Assembly: GCA_945788675.1 (NCBI GenBank)
Contig: CALZMY010000121.1
Coordinates: forward strand, 1-39,493
Direction: 5' to 3'
From: an uncultured Gammaproteobacteria bacterium
GTDB lineage: Bacteria; Pseudomonadota; Gammaproteobacteria; SZUA-140
Length of the DNA: 39,493 nucleotides
How positions within the stretch are numbered: the first letter of the stretch is position 1; each line of letters opens with the position of its first letter. The translations under genes and the position numbers were made by a program. Below, in pieces: positions 16,931-26,041 of the stretch. Below the pieces are notes generated by a model, which saw only the letters and a program-made list of their open reading frames with translations, was not told where the DNA came from and did no database searches.

Positions 16931-19900
16931 TTATGTGTTACTGATCGCTGATTTAATCGCCTGCATGAGTTTTTCATTGTCCGTCTGCGACTTGACCAGA
17001 GTCCCTTCCACCTCAACGGCGACCGCATGAGGGGCTTCCTGAGCCGAGAAAACAATCACCGGGGTGTGATGATCCTGACTGTTAAGTGTGGACAAAAGCT
17101 CAAGCCCAGAGCCATCCGGCAATCCAATATCAAGCAGCACTAGATCAAACACTTGATCGTTCGCAAACTGCTGCGCCTGCTTCAGCGTTACGGCATGCAC
17201 CACCTGATACTTATCGCCCAGCAAGGTATCGACGATAACGGTGATATCCGGGTCATCCTCCACATGCAGGAGGCGCCCACCCCTGGCTGCAGCATAGGAC
17301 AAACCTGAACGGATTGATACCAATAGCCTGTTTTCATCGATCGGTTTCTCGATCCAGTCCACCATACTGAACGCATCGCCTTCGACTTCGAGCCGGCCCT
17401 CATTGGCTTTAGCTGATACAACGATGACCGGCAGATTCACGGTAGCCTGATTTTCGCGCAGTTCGTGCAGCAATGTAAGACCGCTACCACCGGGGATCAT
17501 CAGATCCAGCGTAACAGCGTTGTACTGATTATTCTGTATCTGCTGCGTTGCTTCCTGATAGCTGAATGCCTGATGGAAGCGATAACCTTCATTCTCCAGC
17601 ATCATGCTAAGAAGCCTGGAAACATCGTGATCATCCTCAACGATCAACACCAACGGGGTGTCCGAACACGCCTCATCACGGGGCTCTTCAATCCGTTTTT
17701 CTTCAATCCATTGCTGTTCATGCCATATCGGCAGCTCCACATAGAAGGTGGTGCCCCTGCCTTCATCGCTATCAAAACCAATGCTGCCGCCTTGCTTCTC
17801 GACAATCGCTTTGGTGATATTCAGGCCAAGGCCGGTGCCTCCTTTCTGGCGGCTATCCGAACTGTCGGCCTGGGCAAACTTGCTGAATATCCTGGACTTG
17901 AACTCTTCCGGTATCCCTTGGCCATGATCATGCACAGAGATGCGAACACGATCATCTGTTGCCTCGATTGAGATTTCTACCTGATCATCTTTCGGCGAGT
18001 ACTTGGCCGCATTGGACAGCAGATTGGACATCACCTGAATCACCCGTTGTTCATCGATGCAGACAATCACCACATCATCACAGCCGACCTTGAGTTCAAG
18101 GCGAACATCAAGCCGATCGGCATAACCCTTGTTCAACTCTATCGACTGCTGAACGACAGGAATCAAGTTCACCACCTGATTATCAAACTGCATCTTTCCA
18201 GCTGTAATCTTCTCCATATCGAGAATATCGTTAATCAGGTCAATCAACCGTTCACTGTTATTATTGGCGATGCCAAGCAGGGTCTTTGCCTTTTCAGATA
18301 ATTCTCCGGCGGTTCCACCCAGAATGAGGCCCAGAGAACCGCGAATGGATGTCAGTGGCGTGCGCAGCTCATGGCTGACCGTGGAGATAAACTCCTTCTG
18401 CATCTGTTCAATACGTTTGCGCTCGGTGATGTCGCGGGTGATACCGACAAAACGCCGCACGCTATCAATAATCACCTCACTTACCGCCAGCTCCATCGGA
18501 AAGATGGTGCCATCCTTACGCCGACCGGCCACCTCGCGGCCGATGCCGATCACCTTTTTTTCACCGGTTGTGATGTGGTGCTCCAGATAGCCATCATGCT
18601 CGCTGTGATAAGGTTCTGGCATCAGCATCTTCACATTGTTGCCGATCACTTCATCATCGCTGTAACCGAAGATCCGCCTTGCCGCCGGATTGAATGACTC
18701 AACTGTGCCGCGCTCACTGATCGTCATAATGCCATCCACGACATTATCTATGACGGCAGAAAGTCGTTTTGTCTGCGCCGCAACTCTATTCTCCAGTTGC
18801 GCGGTAGACTGTTGCTGATTCTTTGCAAAGGCGTTGATCGCCGAGTACAAGGTGTAAAATTCATCACGCGCCGATGCTGCATCAACACGCACCGTCAAAT
18901 CACCCTCCTGCAGTCGATTAGCTGCTGCGGCCAGATCCACCACCGGCGTCAGTATTCTTCTTGATATAAACCAGACAATCAGTAACAGTGAAAGCAGGCC
19001 AATAAGCAAACTTACGAGTAGCATTTGATTGAGCGCCGTAGCGACATCTGCAAACACCACTTTTTCCGGGACATCCAGCGTCAACAACCAGTAACGGCTG
19101 CGGTCGTGTGGTGAAAAGTATATTTTCTGAAAACCGTCCAGTGCTTTATGGAGGGCATGATGCTTCATATACTGATCCTGCTGGGTGGCGATTTCAGCCA
19201 GCTCCGGTTCAACCATCTGAAGCCTGTAGTCAACCCCCCGCTCCAGGCCGAATGTTTTGCTGGCATCGGCATGTTTGATGTAGTAGCCCCTCTCATCGAC
19301 GATATTACGCTGCACGCCATTGGCTTCGGAGTGGATATTACTGAATAGTCGTTCGGTAGCAAGATTTATCACAATCAAGGCGACCACCTGCTCATCGGCG
19401 TTGTGGACAGGGCTAGCTAATCTCAATACTGGTAGATGCGGCACCTGAATGACACCATGTTCCCTGTTCAGGGTCACATCAGAATAGTAGGCCTCTCCGG
19501 CTTTCAGTTTGATCGTTTCGCTGACATAGAGTGAGTCAGACTTGTTCTGTAGCTCTTCGTCGGCAATCACCACCACATCACCTTCTGCGCTGATTTGCAC
19601 CCTGACCAGTTCATCACCGCTGGCAGCGATATATCGGATCTGTTGATATTCAGAATGATTGGCCAGAAAGGCCGCAAAAATGGTTGTCAGACGTTTACGC
19701 CATTCCTGCAGCGTGTCACCACTTTCAGGATCAACACCGTTATGAGCGCGGGCGCGAACGATGGCCTGGATAGGTGGCACATCATGAAAGGACAGCAAGT
19801 TTCTATGATGATTGTCCAGGGAGCCTTCAATCTCATGTTTAAGCACAGAGAACTTGCTCTGTTCCAGTTCGATGACTTTATGTTCGGCGATACTTTTTGA

Positions 19901-20005
19901 CTGCCAGTAACTGGTAAAACTGGTGACAATTAGGACAAAAAATATCAGCCCGCCCAACACAAGCGTGGTTTTACCCCGGAGCCCTAACCTAAAAAGCTTA
20001 TCCAT
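16931..20005 (-). CDS. Hybrid sensor histidine kinase: TM-periplasmic Cache-like-TM-HAMP-PAS(heme)-HisKA-HATPase-REC-REC
   Basis: Two TM segments; HAMP RDEFYTL; FixL-like PAS LMPEPYHSEHDGY...IGIGREV; SHELRTPLTS; NLLSNAAKYS, DHGQGIP and GTGLGL; two receiver domains (VEDD...LD...K). Confidence 0.93.
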   Translation of the reverse strand: MDKLFRLGLRGKTTLVLGGLIFFVLIVTSFTSYWQSKSIAEHKVIELEQSKFSVLKHEIEGSLDNHHRNLLSFHDVPPIQAIVRARAHNGVDPESGDTLQEWRKRLTTIFAAFLANHSEYQQIRYIAASGDELVRVQISAEGDVVVIADEELQNKSDSLYVSETIKLKAGEAYYSDVTLNREHGVIQVPHLPVLRLASPVHNADEQVVALIVINLATERLFSNIHSEANGVQRNIVDERGYYIKHADASKTFGLERGVDYRLQMVEPELAEIATQQDQYMKHHALHKALDGFQKIYFSPHDRSRYWLLTLDVPEKVVFADVATALNQMLLVSLLIGLLSLLLIVWFISRRILTPVVDLAAAANRLQEGDLTVRVDAASARDEFYTLYSAINAFAKNQQQSTAQLENRVAAQTKRLSAVIDNVVDGIMTISERGTVESFNPAARRIFGYSDDEVIGNNVKMLMPEPYHSEHDGYLEHHITTGEKKVIGIGREVAGRRKDGTIFPMELAVSEVIIDSVRRFVGITRDITERKRIEQMQKEFISTVSHELRTPLTSIRGSLGLILGGTAGELSEKAKTLLGIANNNSERLIDLINDILDMEKITAGKMQFDNQVVNLIPVVQQSIELNKGYADRLDVRLELKVGCDDVVIVCIDEQRVIQVMSNLLSNAAKYSPKDDQVEISIEATDDRVRISVHDHGQGIPEEFKSRIFSKFAQADSSDSRQKGGTGLGLNITKAIVEKQGGSIGFDSDEGRGTTFYVELPIWHEQQWIEEKRIEEPRDEACSDTPLVLIVEDDHDVSRLLSMMLENEGYRFHQAFSYQEATQQIQNNQYNAVTLDLMIPGGSGLTLLHELRENQATVNLPVIVVSAKANEGRLEVEGDAFSMVDWIEKPIDENRLLVSIRSGLSYAAARGGRLLHVEDDPDITVIVDTLLGDKYQVVHAVTLKQAQQFANDQVFDLVLLDIGLPDGSGLELLSTLNSQDHHTPVIVFSAQEAPHAVAVEVEGTLVKSQTDNEKLMQAIKSAISNT

Positions 20006-20456
20006 GCATCCGCCCCTCTAAGGGATTATAAATACCGAACAAAAAATGTCTGCATATGAGAGGCGAAAAAACAGACACCTCCAATATGTCAAATCTCACA
20101 GTTAACTATCGGCCTCCCCAACACATTATTGATGCAGTAATCCCAAATCCAATGGAAAATATCTACCACCTGCATTTCTCCGCCATTCGCTATCGATCAT
20201 CACAACGAAACGGCACGGCCTATCGGCGACTAGCGGCCCTCGCTTCGCTCTCCATGGCCGCCGACGTCGAATTGTTCAATTCATCTTTGAACATTATTAT
20301 GTTGCAGCGCAAAACCCCAGGGGCGCTTCACATCGGAACACCCAAGAAGTTTTTTAATTCCGAAACAACCCAAAGCGCTGCAACTTTTTTACAGCTACTC
20401 TACAATAGGGCTTTATTTAGCCGCCGTAATGCCTTAATTTATTCAGGAGCCTGTTT

Positions 20457-21293
20457 GTGAAACTCACCACTGCGGAATTCAGAAACTGGGAACATAAGAG
20501 CATCACCCTGCTGGGGATGTCGGGTGTCGGCAAGACACGCCTCTCGACCATGCTGCGTGACAACTGGTTTCACTACTCCGGCGACTACCGCATCGGCACG
20601 CGCTACCTGGATGAGCCGATCCTCGATAACATCAAGCAACAGGCGATGCAGGTGCCGTTTCTGCGCGATCTGCTGCGTACCGATTCGATCTACATTGCCA
20701 ATAACCTTTCGGTCGATAATCTCAAGCCGGTTGCCAGCTTCCTTGGCAAGCTAGGCAACCCTGAACTGGGCGGACTGGCGCTACCGGAGTTCAAACGTCG
20801 TCAGGCGCTGCACCACCAGGCCGAGGTGCTGGCGATGCGCGATGTACCCGAATTTATTAACAAGGCGCAGGAGATCTACGGCTACAATCACTTTATTAAC
20901 GATGCGGGGGGCAGCGTCTGTGAACTCGATGATGACAAGACCCTCAAGCTGCTGAGTGAACACACCCTGATTCTCTACATCAAGGCGACCGAGCAAGATG
21001 AGAAGGCGCTGATCCGCCGTGCCGAACTGGACCCTAAGCCGCTTTACTATCGAGAGGCGTTTCTCGATGAGCAGCTGGCTACCTATATGGAGCAGCGCTC
21101 GCTGCAGTATGTGGCACAGATCGATCCCGATGACTTTGTCCGCTGGGTCTTTCCGCATCTCTTCTATTCACGCATCCCGCGCTACGAAGCGATTGCAGCC
21201 GAATATGGCTACACCTTCACCACCACCGATCTCGCCCAGGTGCAATGCGAACAGGACTTCATCGCACTTGTCGAGCAGGCGTTGCAAGGGTAA
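20457..21293 (+). CDS. Uncharacterised P-loop ATPase/kinase (shikimate/NMP-kinase-like layout)
   Basis: RBS AGGAG with GTG start; N-terminal Walker A LLGMSGVGKT; FINDAGGS; ILYI...RAELDPKPLYY. Confidence 0.8.
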   Translation: MKLTTAEFRNWEHKSITLLGMSGVGKTRLSTMLRDNWFHYSGDYRIGTRYLDEPILDNIKQQAMQVPFLRDLLRTDSIYIANNLSVDNLKPVASFLGKLGNPELGGLALPEFKRRQALHHQAEVLAMRDVPEFINKAQEIYGYNHFINDAGGSVCELDDDKTLKLLSEHTLILYIKATEQDEKALIRRAELDPKPLYYREAFLDEQLATYMEQRSLQYVAQIDPDDFVRWVFPHLFYSRIPRYEAIAAEYGYTFTTTDLAQVQCEQDFIALVEQALQG

Positions 21294-21301
21294 CTGCCGA
21301 T

Positions 21302-22369
21302 ATGCCACTCGTCGCCAATAGCAAACTGCCCACCTTCAAACGCCTTGAGGATATCGGTGAAACGATCATTCCGGGTGACAGCGCTATCCATCAGGATATT
21401 CGTGAGCTGCACATCGGCCTGTTGAATATGATGCCGGACTCTGCCCTTGCAGCGACCGAACGGCAATTTTTTCGTCTCGTCGGTGAATCAAACCAGATTG
21501 CCCAGTTCTATATGCACCCCTTCACGCTAGCTGAACTCCCGCGTGATGAAGTGGGCCGCGCCCACGTGGATCAGTATTACGAGAGCTTTGAAACGATCAA
21601 ACAACAGGGGCTCGATGCATTGATCATCACCGGCGCTAACGTCACCCAGCCTGACCTCGCGATGGAACCCTTCTGGGAACCGCTCGATGAGATCATCGAA
21701 TGGGCCTATGAAAATGTCACTTCGACCCTTTGCTCATGTCTCGCAACCCATGCAGTGATGCAGTCACGTTATGGCAAAAAACGCCACAATATGGGTTTCA
21801 AACGCTGGGGAGTCTACCCTCACTATCTGGTTGATCGTGAACACCCGCTGGTAGCGGACGTCAATACGCGCTTTGATATTCCACATTCACGTTACAACGA
21901 CGTCAGCCGTGGGCAGTTTGAAGCGGCCGGCCTGAAGGTGCTGGTAGAAAGTGCCGCAGCGGGTGTCCATCTCGCTGTTAGCGAAGACCTGTTTCGCATC
22001 GTCTTTTTTCAGGGCCACCCGGAATATGACATCATCAGCCTGTTAAAGGAGTATAAACGCGAAGTAACGCTCTTTATAAATCACCAACGAGATGACTACC
22101 CACCGATACCGGAAAACTACTTCACCCAGCAGAGTGCTGCCATCCTGGAAGAGCACAAAGCGCAGGTGATTGCCGCCATCGCCAACGGGACGCCCCCCCC
22201 ATCACTGCCTGAGGCGCTGATCACAGAACGACTCGATAACACCTGGCATGATACTGCCGAGGCAGTCCTCAACAACTGGATTGGCAAGGTATATCAGCTC
22301 ACCAGCATTAAGCGTAATGAGCCATTTCAGCCTCATATCGACCCTGATGACCCGTTAGGACTTAAGTAA
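21302..22369 (+). CDS. metA: Homoserine O-acyltransferase, MetA family (probably succinyltransferase)
   Basis: MPLVAN...HQDIRELHIGLLNMMPD, TERQF, IITGA, catalytic CSCLA, PHSR and FQGHPEYD. ATG 21302 is preferred over 21245. Confidence 0.93.
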   Translation: MPLVANSKLPTFKRLEDIGETIIPGDSAIHQDIRELHIGLLNMMPDSALAATERQFFRLVGESNQIAQFYMHPFTLAELPRDEVGRAHVDQYYESFETIKQQGLDALIITGANVTQPDLAMEPFWEPLDEIIEWAYENVTSTLCSCLATHAVMQSRYGKKRHNMGFKRWGVYPHYLVDREHPLVADVNTRFDIPHSRYNDVSRGQFEAAGLKVLVESAAAGVHLAVSEDLFRIVFFQGHPEYDIISLLKEYKREVTLFINHQRDDYPPIPENYFTQQSAAILEEHKAQVIAAIANGTPPPSLPEALITERLDNTWHDTAEAVLNNWIGKVYQLTSIKRNEPFQPHIDPDDPLGLK

Positions 22370-22421
22370 CTGAATTGTCCCAAAATCCCCAGATAATTCC
22401 CTCATCCAATAATTTTATCCT

Positions 22422-22448
22422 GTTCAGGCTTTATTCAGCTTCATTCAG
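22422..22448 (+). promoter_or_regulatory. PhoP-box-like direct repeats upstream of the cytochrome c gene
   Basis: GTTCAG-gcttt-ATTCAG-cttc-ATTCAG with 11- and 10-bp periods, resembling the Pseudomonas PhoP box (RTTCAG-N5-RTTCAG). Confidence 0.55.
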
Positions 22449-22566
22449 CTATCTTGATCTCCAGTGACGGGATATTCCGGTTTTGGGGAACAAGATCGGG
22501 GCTGAGGGTAAATCAGTTCATGCCTTCTTTATTCTGGAGCCTAACCCATAAAATGAGGAGAACACC

Positions 22567-22887
22567 ATGAAACATATTATTTCTGCTGCTGTATTGGCTT
22601 CATCACTGATCGCTGCCCCTGCTATGGCCGATCTGGCCCTGGCAAAGAAGAGCGGTTGCCTGGCATGTCACAGTGTTGAAAAGAAAGTCGTTGGTCCAGC
22701 CTGGAAAGATGTAGCTACTAAATATAAAGGCGATGCCGGTGCAAGAGATGCGATCATCGCAAAAGTTAAGAAAGGCGGTAAAGGTAACTGGACTGAAGTT
22801 ACCGGCGGCATACCGATGCCTCCATACTCACCACGTGTCGCTGATGCAGATATCGAAACATTGGTCGATTTTGTCCTGGGTCTATAA
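22567..22887 (+). CDS. Class I monoheme cytochrome c (c551/c552 type)
   Basis: RBS GAGGAG; signal peptide ending AMA-D; CLACH; VGPAWKDVA; axial Met in PMPP. Confidence 0.95.
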   Translation: MKHIISAAVLASSLIAAPAMADLALAKKSGCLACHSVEKKVVGPAWKDVATKYKGDAGARDAIIAKVKKGGKGNWTEVTGGIPMPPYSPRVADADIETLVDFVLGL

Positions 22888-22924
22888 CCCGAAATTTTCA
22901 ACAACATCTGAAGTTACATTTTCC

Positions 22925-22971
22925 AAACCTCCGGCCTCACTTTCCCTCCCTCCCTTGGCCGGAGGTTTTTT
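22925..22971 (+). terminator. Rho-independent terminator after the cytochrome c gene
   Basis: AAACCTCCGGCC ... GGCCGGAGGTTT, a perfect 12-bp stem followed by a T-tract. Confidence 0.8.
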
Positions 22972-23055
22972 ATTCCCCCTTCCTTTTTTCACTGTATATA
23001 TGACGGTAAATCCGGTTATGCTTGTGCCTCCGATTCAGGAAGGATTGACTTCGTT

Positions 23056-23733
23056 GTGCGAGTTTTAATTGTTGAAGATGAAACCGAACTGCGGCAACAG
23101 CTGCATAAGCAGTTACAAACGGCAGGCTATGCCGTTGACGTCGCCGAAAATGGGGAAGATGGCTACTATATTGGCACCGAGTACCCCATTGATATAGCGG
23201 TCGTGGATATTGGCCTGCCCAAAATGTCCGGCATCGAGATGGTGCGCTCCCTGCGTGAAGCTGGTAAGGATTTTCCGGTGCTCATCCTGACAGCACGCGG
23301 ACGCTGGCAAGACAAGGTAGAAGGGTTAGAAGCGGGCGCCGATGACTATCTGGTCAAACCGTTCCATATGGAAGAGCTTGAGGCACGCCTCAAGGCACTA
23401 CTGCGGCGTGCCGCGGGAGTGGCACAACCGACCATTACCTCAGGGCCGATTACACTAAGCACCACGCGCCAGGAAGTAAGGCTCAATGACCAGCTACTTG
23501 AACTGACCGCCTATGAGTTCAAGGTACTTGAATACTTGATGCTGCACGCCGGGCAGGTGATCTCTAAGACCACACTGACTGAACATATCTACGCCCAGGA
23601 TTACGACCGTGACAGCAACGTGATTGAGGTATTTGTCGGACGACTGCGGCGCAAACTCGATCCACAGAATCAGATACAGCCGATTGAAACCCTCAGGGGA
23701 CGCGGCTATCGCTTCAACATGATGGGGCCATGA
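23056..23733 (+). CDS. phoP: OmpR-family response regulator, PhoP-like
   Basis: VEDE...DIGLP; ILTARGRWQDKVEGLEAGADDYLVKPF (PhoP subfamily wording); winged helix DRDSNVIEVFVGRLRRKL...TLRGRGYRF. Confidence 0.78.
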   Translation: MRVLIVEDETELRQQLHKQLQTAGYAVDVAENGEDGYYIGTEYPIDIAVVDIGLPKMSGIEMVRSLREAGKDFPVLILTARGRWQDKVEGLEAGADDYLVKPFHMEELEARLKALLRRAAGVAQPTITSGPITLSTTRQEVRLNDQLLELTAYEFKVLEYLMLHAGQVISKTTLTEHIYAQDYDRDSNVIEVFVGRLRRKLDPQNQIQPIETLRGRGYRFNMMGP

Positions 23734-25112
23734 AGCAGCCCTCCATCAATATCCGCATGTTGATCGCCGCCAGCTGTATTCTGGCTGGTTTTCTCAGCAT
23801 TACCGCTATCACGCTCGATCGCACCTATCGTGTCAGCACCGAAGATGCCCTCAAGGAACGCATGTTGATTCAGATCACCGTACTGATCTCCGCCATCGAA
23901 CAGGATGATCAGAAAAACATTCGCATGATCCATGCGCTTCCCGAACCGCGTTTCTTCACTCCCGATTCCGGGCTCTATGCCAGAATTATCAAGAACAGTG
24001 GTGAAGTCGTCTGGTCATCGCCATCGATCGTCGGCATTATGATCCCACCACATGCGACTGTCTCTCGCGGCGAGCAAAAATTTGAGCAGATCGTGTCGGC
24101 GACAGGCAAGCCGCTGTTATCGCTCAGCATCGGACTGACATGGGGCGAAGATGATGCCGAAAGCGAAGGCTATACCTTTGTCGTGAGCGAAGACCTCGCG
24201 CGTATCAACCAGCAGGTGAGCGATTTTCGCCATAACCTCTGGGGCTCACTCGGTGGCGTGTCGATAGTCCTGCTACTGATGCTGACTGTGATCCTCCACT
24301 GGGGGCTGGCGCCATTGCGCCGTGCGGCACAGCAGATCAGCGAAGTCGAAGCCGGCATGCACAAGGAGATACGCGGCGAATTCCCCAAAGAGCTCAGCGG
24401 TCTGACCAACAATATTAATGCACTGATCCGCACCAACAGCGAACATGAAGCGCGCTACACGGCGAGCCTTGGGGATCTTGCCCATAGTTTAAAGACCCCG
24501 TTGGCAGTACTGCGCGGCGCTATTGAAGCCTCACGCCCTTCTGTGGAGGTACTGCGTAAAACTACCGAAGAACAGGTACAACGCATGGATCAAATTGTGC
24601 AGTATCAACTGCAGCGTGCAGCCACCTCAGGACGTACCGCACTGACCGCACCGATCAGTCCCGAACGCATTGCAAACCAGGTGATTGCGGCACTCGACAA
24701 GGTTTACGCCGACAAAGGGGTACAGGGGAATCTTGCGGTCACCGCTGAACTCGAACTCCACATCGAAGAAGGCGACCTGATGGAGCTGCTGGGTAACCTG
24801 GTCGACAACGCCTATAAATGGTGCCAAAGACGCGTGGATGTCACCCTGTCACTTGAGTGTCAGGATCCACTGGACGAAAATCCGGCGACGAGGCTATTGA
24901 TTGAAGTGGCCGATGACGGCCCCGGCATCTCCCCGGAACTTGCCGAAAAAGTGGTGCAACGTGGCTGGCGCAGGCGCGACGAGGATGAGATCGATGGACA
25001 TGGACTGGGGTTATCGTTAGTCAGCGACATTGTGAACCTCTATGATGGCGAACTACAGATCAAACAGTCACCACTCGGCGGCGCACTGATTCAGATATAC
25101 CTGCCAACCTGA
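23730..25112 (+). CDS. phoQ: Sensor histidine kinase, PhoQ-like
   Basis: ATGA overlap with the regulator; two TMs; PKEL HAMP; DLAHSLKTPLAVL, YQLQRA, ELLGNLVDNAYKW, DDGPGI and GHGLGL. Confidence 0.75.
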   Translation: MKQPSINIRMLIAASCILAGFLSITAITLDRTYRVSTEDALKERMLIQITVLISAIEQDDQKNIRMIHALPEPRFFTPDSGLYARIIKNSGEVVWSSPSIVGIMIPPHATVSRGEQKFEQIVSATGKPLLSLSIGLTWGEDDAESEGYTFVVSEDLARINQQVSDFRHNLWGSLGGVSIVLLLMLTVILHWGLAPLRRAAQQISEVEAGMHKEIRGEFPKELSGLTNNINALIRTNSEHEARYTASLGDLAHSLKTPLAVLRGAIEASRPSVEVLRKTTEEQVQRMDQIVQYQLQRAATSGRTALTAPISPERIANQVIAALDKVYADKGVQGNLAVTAELELHIEEGDLMELLGNLVDNAYKWCQRRVDVTLSLECQDPLDENPATRLLIEVADDGPGISPELAEKVVQRGWRRRDEDEIDGHGLGLSLVSDIVNLYDGELQIKQSPLGGALIQIYLPT

Positions 25113-25119
25113 AAATATT

Positions 25120-25404
25120 TTAACCCGTCTCAAAGCTCGACAACGACTGATGGGTGACTTTCTCAGCAGTGACCGCGACCACACTCGACTGCGCTGATCC
25201 TTGCCATAACCAGGCCGCTAAGGCTCTTACCGCAATGTCATCACCGCAGGCGAGCACTTCGACAGTGCCATCGGGACGATTACGCGCCCAGCCGCTCACC
25301 CCGAGTCCCCGTGCCTTTTGCTGTGTCGCAGCACGATAAAAGACCCCTTGCACCTCACCTGAAACGATACAACGCAGACAAACCTTCACAGAATCTTCTG
25401 ACAT
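25120..25404 (-). CDS. acyP: Acylphosphatase
   Basis: VSGEVQGVFYR and GWARNRPDGTVEVLACG. Confidence 0.92.
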   Translation of the reverse strand: MSEDSVKVCLRCIVSGEVQGVFYRAATQQKARGLGVSGWARNRPDGTVEVLACGDDIAVRALAAWLWQGSAQSSVVAVTAEKVTHQSLSSFETG

Positions 25405-25419
25405 ATCACTATGGAAATA

Positions 25420-25968
25420 TTATTCAGGCTTACCCGCGTGTGCATGACCTTCGGCATGCGACAGATAGATCGCGACACCGATCAGCGCAATGCCACCCGC
25501 AAGATAAAGCAGATCAAGTGGTGTCTTAAATTTAATATCCACCGCATACTCAAAAAATTTCACAATCAGAATCATCAAGATCACCTTCGCCAGGCGACTC
25601 TTAAGATCATCCAGACTAGTGATCATCAGCACACTCGAGGAGATCTTTTTCCCTTCAGCCTGATCGATAGCACTAATAAAGAGTTCGTATAACCCCAGTG
25701 CAAAGATCAACAACACAGTTGCCAGTAGATAACCGTCAACGATTTCCACCACATGGGTGACTGTCTCGCCACGTAGATCGGCACGGACATCAGTGCTTAA
25801 CGATGGCGAAGCATATTCTATAAGATGCGTAATCATATAGTAGGCATCAACGGTCGCCATAAAGAACATCGCGAACGCTGCCGCAAGACTGGAGAGCACC
25901 GCCGACAGCACCACAAATCGACTGTTCCATAAAAAACCTTCAAAGGCCTGTCCAATTCTTTTCATCAT
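25420..25968 (-). CDS. YqhA/UPF0114-family membrane protein
   Basis: LWNSRF, VDGYLLATVLLIFALGLYELFIS and SLDDLKSRLAKVI; four TM segments. Confidence 0.8.
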   Translation of the reverse strand: MMKRIGQAFEGFLWNSRFVVLSAVLSSLAAAFAMFFMATVDAYYMITHLIEYASPSLSTDVRADLRGETVTHVVEIVDGYLLATVLLIFALGLYELFISAIDQAEGKKISSSVLMITSLDDLKSRLAKVILMILIVKFFEYAVDIKFKTPLDLLYLAGGIALIGVAIYLSHAEGHAHAGKPE

Positions 25969-26041
25969 CTACCACGCATATTTTGGTGATTGTTCAGTAA
26001 AAAAACAGTTCCGACTCAATTCCACAGTTGCGACCGATCGA

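Noticed and set aside
20314-20345. AGGGGCGCT resembling the start of an SAH riboswitch
   Set aside because: The downstream CCAGGCT-type element and the pairing needed for the aptamer are absent.
20056-20460. 134-aa ORF upstream of the ATPase gene
   Set aside because: No recognisable motif or clear RBS, and it occupies the divergent promoter space; probably spurious, though not excluded.
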